A stretch of DNA of 64,000 bases from Bacteroidia bacterium (GTDB taxonomy: Bacteria; Bacteroidota; Bacteroidia; NS11-12g; UBA9320). Positions 9,380 through 19,104 of this stretch are shown here, one piece after another. The DNA is taken from assembly GCA_965216465.1 (NCBI GenBank), contig CBDCFW010000006.1:64001-128000 (forward strand), read 5' to 3'. The notes under the pieces are model-generated. The model was not told the origin of the DNA. It saw only the letters and a list, made by a program, of their open reading frames with translations, and did not search any database. Every line of letters begins with the position of its first letter. The stretch's first letter is position 1. The position numbers and the translations under genes were made by a program.

Positions 9380-11860
9380 ATGAAAAACATTTTTAATAAG
9401 TATAAGATCTACATTATCCATATTCTGATTCTATCTGCTGTAGCTTATGCTTATGTGCCTGAAGTTCTTAGCGGGAAAACCATAATCCAATCGGATGTTG
9501 TGCAATACAAAGGCATGGCCACCGAAATATTGGATTACGAAAAAGCTGAAGGGCAAGGTCCGCTTTGGACCAATGCTCAGTTTGGAGGTATGCCCTCATA
9601 TCAAATAAGTATGGTAGGACATGACAATCCAGTTAGACAACTCATGAAGCCTTCATGGCACCACCCATATAATAAAATATTTATCGCCATGGTGTGTGCA
9701 TATATTATGTTCTTGGCATTTGGCGTCAAACCTTGGCTCTCGCTGATTGGAGCATTCGCTATTGCCTTCTCAACCAATAACCTTATAATTCTTGAAGCTG
9801 GGCATAACACCAAAATGCAAGCCATTGCCTATGCACCGTTGGTCATAGCCGGATTAAAATATTTGTTGAGAAAACGGTGGTTGCTTGGCATAAATCTTCT
9901 GGCTGTTGGAGCATCGCTCGAAATTGCATCTAATCACGTCCAAATTACCTACTATCTCGGGATTATCATAGTTCTGTGGATGCTAGCAGAATTGTATAAA
10001 GCCATTACCGCAGGTGAAATTATGACCTACCTCAAGGTTGTTGGAGTTGCAGGTGCAATTGCCATACTTGCATTAGCAATAAATTCCCAAAACATGATGT
10101 TGTCTCAGGAGTACGCTAAAACAACCATTCGTGGAAGCTCTGACCTGACGATTTCAAAAACTCAATCGGATGAATCGAAAGCAAAGGATGGACTCGATTA
10201 CGATTATGCATACCAATGGAGCAACGGATGGGCAGATGTTATGGCGTTGGTTATTCCAAATTATGCAGGTAGCGGAAGTAGCGTTGATCTAGGTTCAAGC
10301 TCGGTTTTTGCTAATCAGCTTCCAGAGAACTTTACCAAAAACTACCCTTTTGCATATTGGGGAAGCCTTCCATTTACAGCAGGTCCGGTTTACTTCGGAG
10401 CATCAATGTTCTTCCTATTTGTTCTCGGATTTATTTTTGCGAAAGGACCAATACGCTGGTGGATTCTTGTGGCTTTTGTACTTTCTGTCGCCATGTCGAT
10501 GGGGAAAAACCATTTTGTATGGTTGAATGATTTCCTTTTTAATCACCTGCCTTTATATAACAAGTTTAGGGCACCTACTATGGCACTGACCATCGCCCAA
10601 ATTTGTCTTCCAATTCTTGCCATTATCGGTTTATCAGAATTTTTCAATGCAGAAAAAACCAGTGCAGAAGTTGCTAAAAAGCTTAAAACCGCAGGAATTG
10701 CCGTTGGTGGCTTTTTAGTTATCTTAACTTTTATGAGTGGCATGTTCACTGATTTTGGACATTATATTCAAGATCCAGATACGGGTGAAATTGTTAAAGA
10801 CTACGATCAAGAAGTTTTTGAACAGTATAAAAACCAAGTGAACTTAGAGCCTGCAATGCAAGTTGAAGCTCGTAAAGATTTAATTCAAAGCGATGGCTTA
10901 CGGTCTATTTTCTTTGTTGGTGCAATCTTCTTATTGCTATTCTTCTATACGCGAGGAAAACTAGACAAGAAATATGCTATCATGGGAGTTGCTCTTATGA
11001 TTGTTATGGACCTTTGGATGGTTGATAAGCGCTTCTTGAATAACGATGATTTTGAAAGAAAACGTAAGGTTGAGAACTATGTTGCACCATCTCAGGTTGA
11101 CCTTGAGATTATGAAAGATAAATCGTACTACCGCGTTTTAGACTTGCAAGGAAACCCAATGACCAACGCAAGAACTTCATACTTCCATAAATCAATTGGT
11201 GGTTATCACGCAGCTAAATTGAGAAGATATCAAGAATTATATGATTGGCACATTCAAGATGCAATGGTTTCGAACGACTTGTTTGGAAGCAACGCATTAA
11301 ATATGCTGAACACCAAATACATCATAGGGCAAGGTGCTGATGGCCAAGTAAGCTTCCAGCAAAATCCAAATGCAATGGGCAATGTTTGGTTGGTTAACAA
11401 TGTGAACATTGTTGAGAATGCAGATAGTGCTATTTTAGGTCTTAAGAATATTGACCCAAGAACCACTGCTGTGGTTGAGTCTAAATATGAAGCCATGGTG
11501 ACCGCTGCAGGAAATGACTCTTCAGCCAGTATATCATTAACAGCTTACCATCCTGAGAAAATGACTTATAAGTCAAATAGCAATGCAGATGCTGTTGCTA
11601 TATTCTCTGAAATTTACTACCCCTTTGGGTGGAACGCATATATAGATGGAAATAAGACGGACCACTTCTGTGCGAATTATGTGCTAAGAGGACTGTCGAT
11701 TCCTAAAGGCGAGCATGAAATTGAATTTAGATTTGAACCTGAATCCTATAAAACCGGAAAAATGCTTATGATGGGTGGAAATGCTATTTTATATCTCATG
11801 TTAATTGGATCAATAGGCTTCTGGATTTACACTTCGATTAAGACCCAAAATGCTGAATAA
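9380..11860 (+). CDS. YfhO-family polytopic membrane protein (GT-C fold)
   Basis: Motifs LWTNAQFGGMPSY, YWG..PFT.GPVY, KFR, IGGYHAAKL, FSEIYYP.GW, plus many transmembrane helices. Confidence 0.88.
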   Translation: MKNIFNKYKIYIIHILILSAVAYAYVPEVLSGKTIIQSDVVQYKGMATEILDYEKAEGQGPLWTNAQFGGMPSYQISMVGHDNPVRQLMKPSWHHPYNKIFIAMVCAYIMFLAFGVKPWLSLIGAFAIAFSTNNLIILEAGHNTKMQAIAYAPLVIAGLKYLLRKRWLLGINLLAVGASLEIASNHVQITYYLGIIIVLWMLAELYKAITAGEIMTYLKVVGVAGAIAILALAINSQNMMLSQEYAKTTIRGSSDLTISKTQSDESKAKDGLDYDYAYQWSNGWADVMALVIPNYAGSGSSVDLGSSSVFANQLPENFTKNYPFAYWGSLPFTAGPVYFGASMFFLFVLGFIFAKGPIRWWILVAFVLSVAMSMGKNHFVWLNDFLFNHLPLYNKFRAPTMALTIAQICLPILAIIGLSEFFNAEKTSAEVAKKLKTAGIAVGGFLVILTFMSGMFTDFGHYIQDPDTGEIVKDYDQEVFEQYKNQVNLEPAMQVEARKDLIQSDGLRSIFFVGAIFLLLFFYTRGKLDKKYAIMGVALMIVMDLWMVDKRFLNNDDFERKRKVENYVAPSQVDLEIMKDKSYYRVLDLQGNPMTNARTSYFHKSIGGYHAAKLRRYQELYDWHIQDAMVSNDLFGSNALNMLNTKYIIGQGADGQVSFQQNPNAMGNVWLVNNVNIVENADSAILGLKNIDPRTTAVVESKYEAMVTAAGNDSSASISLTAYHPEKMTYKSNSNADAVAIFSEIYYPFGWNAYIDGNKTDHFCANYVLRGLSIPKGEHEIEFRFEPESYKTGKMLMMGGNAILYLMLIGSIGFWIYTSIKTQNAE

Positions 11861-12485
11861 CTTCCAAAAGATATTAATTCTAGCACCGCATACTGATGAC
11901 GGTGAATTTGGTTGTGGTGCAAGCATTAACAAGTGGATTGAAGATGGCAAGGAAGTTTACTATGCTACATTTTCTGCTTGTAAGCAGTCTGTTTTGCCCC
12001 AGTTTCCTGAAGACATTTTAATCACTGAAGTAAAAGAGGCTACTTCAACTTTAGGGATTGATCCAGAAAATTTAATCTTGTTTGACTACGAAGTTCGAAC
12101 CTTCAATTATCACAGACAAGCTATTTTGGATGACCTAATTAAGCTCCGTGAAAAAATAAACCCCGACTTGGTTTTAATGCCTTCAAAAAATGATATTCAT
12201 CAAGACCACAAAACCATCTTTGATGAAGGACTAAGGGCGTTTAAATTTAAAAGCATTTTATGCTATGAAATGCCTTGGAACAACCTCAACTTTAATACTG
12301 CTTGTTTCAGTATACTAGAAGAAAAACACGTGAACAAAAAACTAGAAGCACTTAAAAAGTATGTCTCACAAAGCCATAGACCCTATTCGGACGAAAGCTT
12401 TATTAATGGGCTTGCTCGGGCTCGAGGCGTACAGATTAACAATCAGTTTGCTGAAGTTTTTGAAATTGTAAGGTGGCTGATCTAA
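11850..12485 (+). CDS. PIG-L/LmbE-family deacetylase
   Basis: Motifs APHTDDGEFGCG, DIHQDH, YVSQ. Overlaps the yfhO stop. Confidence 0.9.
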   Translation: MLNNFQKILILAPHTDDGEFGCGASINKWIEDGKEVYYATFSACKQSVLPQFPEDILITEVKEATSTLGIDPENLILFDYEVRTFNYHRQAILDDLIKLREKINPDLVLMPSKNDIHQDHKTIFDEGLRAFKFKSILCYEMPWNNLNFNTACFSILEEKHVNKKLEALKKYVSQSHRPYSDESFINGLARARGVQINNQFAEVFEIVRWLI

Positions 12486-13495
12486 TTAAAATATTGCTTA
12501 CTGGAGGAGGAGCTCCCGGATGCTCCGGAATCATTAAAGGACTTCGTGAAAGAAGCGACCTTCATATAACCAGTTGCGATATGCAAAGTGAAGTTGTTGG
12601 AAAAGTCTTGGCCGATGATTTCTTTCAAGTACCAGGAGGAGATGATCCTGAATACATTGACTTTTTATTACAAGCTTGTGTAGCTAGAGACATTAATGTA
12701 GTCATTCCAATAACTACAAGAGAACTTTTGCCACTAAGCCGAAACAAACCCCGGTTTTCAGAGGTGGGTATCAAAATCATCGTTAGCCCTTGGACTGATT
12801 TGGAAATTGCGAATCACAAATGTGAGCTTTACCAACACTTAGAAAAAGCTAAAGTTCCTGTTCCTCAATATTTTATTGCCAAAACGGTAAGTGAATTTCA
12901 GCTTGCAGCTGCACAGCTTAATCACCCTTTTACATTTAAACCTTGCTTTGGAAATGGCAGTCGAGGCTTTCGAATAGTTGATGATCAGGCGAGCAGATCT
13001 AAGCTTCTATTCGACACGAAACCCGGACATAGTTATATCACCTACGATGAGGCCATCGATGTGCTTTCAGAGGCATCATTTCCACCCCTACTGGTATCTG
13101 AATTCTTGCCTGGAGATGAGTATTCTGTAGATTGTGTTCTCGATGCCAATTCAATTCCAAGAGTTATCATTCCACGAAAAAGAATAAAAATAAACAACGG
13201 AATTTCTGCCGAAGGACTAATTGAAAACAATGAGGAAATCATCAAGTATTGTAAAGAGATTCTCAAAACTATGCGACTCACTGGACCAATTGGAATTCAA
13301 GTAAAGATTAATAAAGATAACAAGCCGATGATTCTTGAAATTAATCCAAGATTGCAAGGTTCTTCATCGGCATGTATGGAAGCAGGTGTCAATGTTCCGC
13401 TAATTGCATTAAACCTCGCACTTCAGTCTACTTTTATTGCTCCCGAAATACAATGGGGCACTCATTTTTATCGACAATACAAAGATTACAGCTAG
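12473..13495 (+). CDS. ATP-grasp ligase (PylC/carbamoyl-phosphate synthase-like)
   Basis: Motifs KPCFGNGSRG, SEFLPGDEYSVD, LEINPRL. Overlaps the PIG-L stop. Confidence 0.88.
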   Translation: MADLIKILLTGGGAPGCSGIIKGLRERSDLHITSCDMQSEVVGKVLADDFFQVPGGDDPEYIDFLLQACVARDINVVIPITTRELLPLSRNKPRFSEVGIKIIVSPWTDLEIANHKCELYQHLEKAKVPVPQYFIAKTVSEFQLAAAQLNHPFTFKPCFGNGSRGFRIVDDQASRSKLLFDTKPGHSYITYDEAIDVLSEASFPPLLVSEFLPGDEYSVDCVLDANSIPRVIIPRKRIKINNGISAEGLIENNEEIIKYCKEILKTMRLTGPIGIQVKINKDNKPMILEINPRLQGSSSACMEAGVNVPLIALNLALQSTFIAPEIQWGTHFYRQYKDYS

Positions 13496-13564
13496 AGTGA
13501 CTTTAAAAGTCAAATAATTAGCAGTCAATCCAAATTACCTGCTATTTTTGACCGTTGTAATTCG

Positions 13565-14677
13565 ATGCAGTTTAAGGAAGTACACGGATACGATGATCTA
13601 AAGCAAAAATTAGTTCAGAATCATAAGCTGAATAGAATTCCTCATGCCCAATTATTTATTGGTCCGGAAGGTTCTGGAAATTTGGGCTTAGCCTTGGCTT
13701 TAACTCAATTAATTTACTGCCAAAATCCTTCAGAAAATGACTCTTGTGGTATTTGCAGCTCTTGTGTAAAAATTGCAAAACTGACCCACCCTGATGTTCA
13801 TTTTACCTATCCTACAATTGGTGCACGTGAGGTTAGCTCTTCATTTATTACTGAATGGAGGGAAATGGTCGAAAATTCTAAGCACTTTAATGCAGTTGAT
13901 TGGACTTCGAAGATTGGAAAAGATGAAAACAAGACCCTAAACATCACGAAAGAAGAAACGCGTGACATCATTTCTAAACTTTCCCTTAAACCTTTTGAAG
14001 GAGATGCTAAGACTTTGATTATCTGGATGCCAGAATATCTAAACAAAGAAGGTAATGCATTACTTAAACTGATAGAGGAACCTCCTCAAAAAACCTACTT
14101 CATTCTTGTTGCCAATAATTTCGATAGTCTGTTAACTACAATTACGAGCAGAACTCAATTGGTGAAAGTTCCAGCATATTCTCAAGAAGAAGTGGTTTCG
14201 TATTTGAACGAAAAGTACCACCTAGACCATAACAAGTCTGAAAGCATTGCTTTTCTTGCAGAAGGTAGTATGAACAGTGCTATTGCACTCGTAGAAAGTG
14301 TTGAGAACAATTACGCTGAAATGTTCAGAAACTGGATGCTATCTTGCTACAAGAACAACTTGCTAGAAGTATCAAGCATTATGGATGACCTAGCTAAACT
14401 GGGCAGAACGCAGATTCAACTTTTTCTTCGAAACGGTCTAAAAATTTTAAGAGAGAGTTTACTTTACAAAAGCATCGATGATTACGACATTAAGTTCGAA
14501 GGTGAATACAAAGAATTCATCAAAAAATTTTCAAACACGCTTAATGCCAAGCACATAGAAAACAGCTACGAGCAGATAAATGAAACCATTTATCATATCC
14601 AACGAAATGCAAATGCAAAAATCTCGTTGTTTAATCTATCTTTGGCACTAAGACATAACTTTATAAGAAAAAGATAA
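13565..14677 (+). CDS. holB: DNA polymerase III subunit delta'
   Basis: Motifs PHAQLFIGPEG, C..C..C zinc site, HPD, NALLKLIEEPP, SRTQ. Promoter TATTTTTG at 13543-13550. Confidence 0.93.
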   Translation: MQFKEVHGYDDLKQKLVQNHKLNRIPHAQLFIGPEGSGNLGLALALTQLIYCQNPSENDSCGICSSCVKIAKLTHPDVHFTYPTIGAREVSSSFITEWREMVENSKHFNAVDWTSKIGKDENKTLNITKEETRDIISKLSLKPFEGDAKTLIIWMPEYLNKEGNALLKLIEEPPQKTYFILVANNFDSLLTTITSRTQLVKVPAYSQEEVVSYLNEKYHLDHNKSESIAFLAEGSMNSAIALVESVENNYAEMFRNWMLSCYKNNLLEVSSIMDDLAKLGRTQIQLFLRNGLKILRESLLYKSIDDYDIKFEGEYKEFIKKFSNTLNAKHIENSYEQINETIYHIQRNANAKISLFNLSLALRHNFIRKR

Positions 14678-14678
14678 T

Positions 14679-15995
14679 ATGGGATGCGGAAGTTGTGGCA
14701 AGAATAATGGAAGTCATAGTCCGGGTTGTAAAAGCAACGGCGGATGCAGCACAGGAAGCTGTAATAAATTGAATGTATACAACTGGCTAACCGACATGGT
14801 TTTGCCAGAAGATTATACTCCTTTTAACATTGTTGAAATTCGTTTTAAAGGAAGCAAAAAACAGTTTTACAAAAACGTAAACAATCTAGAACTCTTTACC
14901 GGAGACAAAGTAGTTGTTGACTCTGACATTGGTTATGATGTTGGTGAAGTATCTCTTAGCGGAGAACTTGTTAAACTTCAATTGAAAAAATATGGCGTTG
15001 AAGAAGACAATGCCGAAATGAGAACCATTAGAGGATTAGCCACTGAAGAACAGCTCGAAAAATACAAAGCTGTAAAAGATAAAGAACAAAAAACGCTCGA
15101 ATCTGCTAGAACAATTGCGTTGCGATTGAACTTAAAAATGAAGATCAGCGATATTGAATTTCAAGGCGACGGTAAAAAAGTTACTTTCTATTATACATCA
15201 GAAGGACGTGTTGACTTTAGAGAATTGATTCGACGTTATGCGTCTGAATTTAAAGCTAGAATTCAAATGCTTCAAGTTAGTTACCGTGAGGAAGCTTCGA
15301 GACTAGGAGGAATTGGTTCTTGTGGCCGAGAATTGTGCTGCAGCACCTGGCTTACTGACTATAAAGTAGTTAGCATGAGTGCACCTAAAACACAGAACTT
15401 ATCAATTAACATGCTCAAGCTTAGTGGCCAGTGCGGACGATTGAAGTGCTGCCTTAACTACGAGCTAGAATTGTACAGCGAGATGTTAACCGAGTTCCCT
15501 TCAGACAATGTAAAACTTAAGACTGAAGCAGGTATCGCATCGTTAAAGAAGATAGATATCCTTAAAAGAACAGCATGGTACTGCTACGATAAAAGTTTCG
15601 ATTGGATTCCATTAAACCTTGATCGTGTTCAAGAAATAATTGCGGCTAATAAAAAAGGAGAAACACCACCAACACTTAGCGACACTGCAAAAGGTGCCGA
15701 AATTGCACACAAGACTCTGGAATATAAAGATGAGCTTCTAGGGGATACAGACCTTACTCGAATGGACAAAAAGTCGAAAGGAAAAAGAAAGGGTCGAGGA
15801 CGAGGCAAGTTTCAAGGCAAAAGAGGTAAAGGTGGTCAACCGACAAAATCAGGTCAAAAACCTGGAGGCAACAAACCTGAAGGTGAAAACAAGCAAAACA
15901 AGCCGGAAGTAAATAAGAAGAGAAATAGAAACAACAATAGAAATAGGAAAAGAAATAACCCTAAACCAAAAAATGATGGTCCTAAAAAGGACTAG
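14679..15995 (+). CDS. ricT: PSP1-domain / RicT (YaaT)-like Fe-S protein
   Basis: Motifs RVDFREL, GGIGSCGRELCC, KLSGQCGRLKCCL. Follows holB. Confidence 0.88.
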   Translation: MGCGSCGKNNGSHSPGCKSNGGCSTGSCNKLNVYNWLTDMVLPEDYTPFNIVEIRFKGSKKQFYKNVNNLELFTGDKVVVDSDIGYDVGEVSLSGELVKLQLKKYGVEEDNAEMRTIRGLATEEQLEKYKAVKDKEQKTLESARTIALRLNLKMKISDIEFQGDGKKVTFYYTSEGRVDFRELIRRYASEFKARIQMLQVSYREEASRLGGIGSCGRELCCSTWLTDYKVVSMSAPKTQNLSINMLKLSGQCGRLKCCLNYELELYSEMLTEFPSDNVKLKTEAGIASLKKIDILKRTAWYCYDKSFDWIPLNLDRVQEIIAANKKGETPPTLSDTAKGAEIAHKTLEYKDELLGDTDLTRMDKKSKGKRKGRGRGKFQGKRGKGGQPTKSGQKPGGNKPEGENKQNKPEVNKKRNRNNNRNRKRNNPKPKNDGPKKD

Positions 15996-15998
15996 GCC

Positions 15999-16604
15999 TT
16001 AAGGGTTCATTTTTATTCTATTCTTGATGGATCTTGCCAGCGACATCTCATCGGCATATTCCAGCTCCCCTCCTACTGAAATTCCTTTTGAAAGTGTAGA
16101 TACCTCTACGCCTATTTCACGTAGTTTTTTAGCAATATAATACTCTGTAGTATCTCCTTCTAAAGTTGCACTTAGAGCAATAATTGCTTCTTTTATGGTG
16201 CCATCAGAAGCTCGATTGAGCAATTGAGGAATTTTAATATCGTTCGGACCTACTCCATCTACAGGAGAAATCAATCCACCCAAAACATGATAATGGCCGT
16301 TGTACTGGCCCGTATTTTCGATGGCGATAACATCTTGGAAGTCTTTAACTACACATACTACACTCTCATCCTTAGAAGGAGATGCACAGACATTGCATAG
16401 TTCTCCATCACTCAAGTTGAAGCATTGCTTGCAGAACTTAATCTCGGTTCTCATCTTCAAAATGGCTTCACTAAGTGCAATCGTTTCAGATTCTGGTCGT
16501 TTAAGTAAAAATAATGCCATACGCAGTGCACTCTTTTGCCCTATTCCAGGAAATCGAGACAATTGTTCGACAGCTTTATTGATAAGATTTGAGGAAGTAC
16601 CCAT
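15999..16604 (-). CDS. recR: Recombination protein RecR
   Basis: Motifs PGIGQKSA, C4 zinc finger, YHVLGGLISP.DG, EGDTT, LEYAD. Confidence 0.96.
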   Translation of the reverse strand: MGTSSNLINKAVEQLSRFPGIGQKSALRMALFLLKRPESETIALSEAILKMRTEIKFCKQCFNLSDGELCNVCASPSKDESVVCVVKDFQDVIAIENTGQYNGHYHVLGGLISPVDGVGPNDIKIPQLLNRASDGTIKEAIIALSATLEGDTTEYYIAKKLREIGVEVSTLSKGISVGGELEYADEMSLARSIKNRIKMNP

Positions 16605-16714
16605 GAATTATTAAACAAATGTATTAACTGATACTAAACTTACAACAATTTGAACATTGTTGTGTTTATTTGAACACAAACAAGTTAAGCTTGACAGAAT
16701 TATCTAAAATAAAC

Positions 16715-17080
16715 ATGCTAATTGACATTCGTGTTGAAGTAAAACACGAAGTAGATCACGTTGTTGAAGGAGCAAATCATGTTTTCAGCTACTGGATAAC
16801 CATTCGCAACCACAGTACTGAAACAATTCAACTTGAACGCAGACATTGGTTTATTTCTGATGGATTTGAGCACGATCGTGAGGTTGAAGGCGAAGGTGTA
16901 GTCGGACAAACTCCAATATTAGAACCAAATCAAGAGTTTTCTTACCAATCTTGGTGTCCTACTGTTTCTGAGCTAGGTGTAATGAGTGGTTATTACCAAT
17001 TCCGGTTGCTGAGAACAAGTGAAGAATTTGATGTAGAAATTCCGGCATTTGTGTTAATGCCTTCGTATCAATTAAACTAG
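16715..17080 (+). CDS. apaG: ApaG protein (ORF track start 16670)
   Basis: Motifs FSYWITIRN, RHWFI, EVEGEGVVGQTP. Confidence 0.93.
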   Translation: MLIDIRVEVKHEVDHVVEGANHVFSYWITIRNHSTETIQLERRHWFISDGFEHDREVEGEGVVGQTPILEPNQEFSYQSWCPTVSELGVMSGYYQFRLLRTSEEFDVEIPAFVLMPSYQLN

Positions 17081-17878
17081 GGTGTAAACAATCCCTATAA
17101 TTCCAACAATCCAGCAGTAGATGGAGAAGTAGGTGAGCTTGCTTCGCTTAACAATGGCAATCATCCACTTGCAGGCAAAATAACCCGAAATAAATGCCGC
17201 AACAAAACCAGCGATTACCGTACCATCTAAAATTAATGCTGATTGCTTTTCAGCATCTGACATGTCAAAGTAATCTTTAAACTCCATCGCCATCGCCCCT
17301 ACTATCAATGGAAGAACCATTAAAAAGCTAAATCTGGCAGCCTTCTCTCTGTTCACACCAAGCAGAACGGCACTGGCTATGGTGCTCCCACTTCGACTAA
17401 TTCCTGGAAGAATAGCAATTGCTTGAACTATTCCCAAAAGTGTTGCTTTCCCTTCATTTAGAGGCTTTGAAACGTCTTTCATACGATCTGACATAAAGAG
17501 AATTACCCCTGTAATCAAAAGCATAACGCTTACCAGTAAAACATTGCCATCGAATACGGTTTCAATTTGCTCCTTATATAAAACACCCACAAGAACTGCA
17601 GGAATCATAGACAAGATAACCATCAAGCCAAACCGAGTCTCTTCGTTCCACTGAAATCTTAAAATACCTTTAAAAATATTGACAATGTCTTTCCAAAAAA
17701 CAACAAGCGTACTGAGCGCAGTCGCAAAATGAAGAACAACCGTAAAAAGCAAACCTGCTTCCTTTTCTTCAATACCAAAAATGGCTTTCCCTAATTCAAT
17801 ATGACCGCTGCTGCTAACGGGAAGAAACTCCGTTAATCCCTGAATGATTCCAAGGATAATCGACTCAATAAGACTCAT
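17072..17878 (-). CDS. uppP: Undecaprenyl-diphosphate phosphatase
   Basis: Motifs QGLTEFLPVSSSGH, PGISRSG. Confidence 0.96.
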   Translation of the reverse strand: MSLIESIILGIIQGLTEFLPVSSSGHIELGKAIFGIEEKEAGLLFTVVLHFATALSTLVVFWKDIVNIFKGILRFQWNEETRFGLMVILSMIPAVLVGVLYKEQIETVFDGNVLLVSVMLLITGVILFMSDRMKDVSKPLNEGKATLLGIVQAIAILPGISRSGSTIASAVLLGVNREKAARFSFLMVLPLIVGAMAMEFKDYFDMSDAEKQSALILDGTVIAGFVAAFISGYFACKWMIAIVKRSKLTYFSIYCWIVGIIGIVYTLV

Positions 17879-18126
17879 TATTCAGACTTTGGCTTCTTCA
17901 TAATAGCGAAGAACTCAATCACAAAACCGGTTAACACAACAACAGGAGCTAAAGTGATTTTTCTAAAATCATAAATATCTTCTTTTCCATACATCAGTGC
18001 GAATCCCAAAACTATAACTGCTATTCCGATTAGCATAAGAACATAGTTCTGCTTTCCAAAAACAAAGTTGTGTTGAGGTGTCTTATTAGATTCTGTCTGT
18101 TTATTTGATTTCTGAGAATTCGACAT
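17878..18126 (-). CDS. DUF3098 small membrane protein
   Basis: FGKQNY...GFALM...RKITLAP, in the conserved ftsX-DUF3098-uppP order. Confidence 0.85.
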   Translation of the reverse strand: MSNSQKSNKQTESNKTPQHNFVFGKQNYVLMLIGIAVIVLGFALMYGKEDIYDFRKITLAPVVVLTGFVIEFFAIMKKPKSE

Positions 18127-18127
18127 T

Positions 18128-19009
18128 TTATTTATATAAGTTATCTGTATGTGTGTTTAAATATCTTCTGGCGGCAAATGCAGTTGTTTGGTAAACAATT
18201 GTTGCTCCTCCTACAAGCAGCAAAAATAACATCAAAATGTATTGATACCAGCTTTGTTGCAAATGATGTGTTATAGAATTGGAATCAAGCTCAAGAGATA
18301 CCTCAATCCAAGTCCATCCTACCCAAGCAATCACTAGTAACATAGCCACTCCCAAAATAAAACTACTAATCGTCCATTTTATTGCTTTTCGCTTGTAGGG
18401 TTTTAGGATAAATTTTTCGCGTGCTCCAATCAGTTGTTGGTTGCGAATCAGAAATCTATCCGCATATATTAACAGCCGCACTGTGCTGACCATCAGCACA
18501 ATGGCCACAATAACCATCAAGCCACTTAGCGATAAGAGCCATGAAACAAAGACCTTTCTATTTCTTTCAAGCTGTTCAAAAACATTATAGGGATAGCTCA
18601 CTTCTAGCACCTCATTGAGCGTGGATAACGACCACTGAATCCGTTCTAAATCATTATTTTCAATATACTCTGACTTAATCGCTAATTCGACCGTAGCTGG
18701 CAATGGGTTATTGCCAAGAACCTCAATAAAATCTTCGCCAATTTCATTCTTAAAATTAAATGCAGCCTGATCACTACTTATAAATTGATGGTCAATTACA
18801 TAGGGAAGTTTTGCGATGCTATCGGCTAAAATTTTACATTTTTGATTGTCAAGCCCGACATTAAAGAACACCGATATTTTCATGTTTTCTTGCACATAGG
18901 TATTCAATTTTGCAGCGTTGATGAGTAACGCTCCGAGTAATCCTAGCAAGAAAACAACCACAGATAAACTTGCGACTATAGCAATTCCATTCGATCGGCT
19001 CCCCTTCAT
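18128..19009 (-). CDS. ftsX: Cell division permease FtsX
   Basis: Four-TM layout, LGNNPLP, RFLIRNQQLIGA...FILKP. Confidence 0.88.
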   Translation of the reverse strand: MKGSRSNGIAIVASLSVVVFLLGLLGALLINAAKLNTYVQENMKISVFFNVGLDNQKCKILADSIAKLPYVIDHQFISSDQAAFNFKNEIGEDFIEVLGNNPLPATVELAIKSEYIENNDLERIQWSLSTLNEVLEVSYPYNVFEQLERNRKVFVSWLLSLSGLMVIVAIVLMVSTVRLLIYADRFLIRNQQLIGAREKFILKPYKRKAIKWTISSFILGVAMLLVIAWVGWTWIEVSLELDSNSITHHLQQSWYQYILMLFLLLVGGATIVYQTTAFAARRYLNTHTDNLYK

Positions 19010-19080
19010 TTCTCTTCAAAAATATCAGAATTACTCGCTTAAAATTATATAAGATTTCCACGAAATAGCCTCGCTTCTAC

Positions 19081-19088
19081 TACCTTTG
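19081..19088 (+). promoter_or_regulatory. sigmaA -7 element TACCTTTG for leuS
   Basis: Consensus match 16 nt upstream of the ATG. Confidence 0.65.
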
Positions 19089-19104
19089 CCGCTTTCTAAT
19101 TTTA

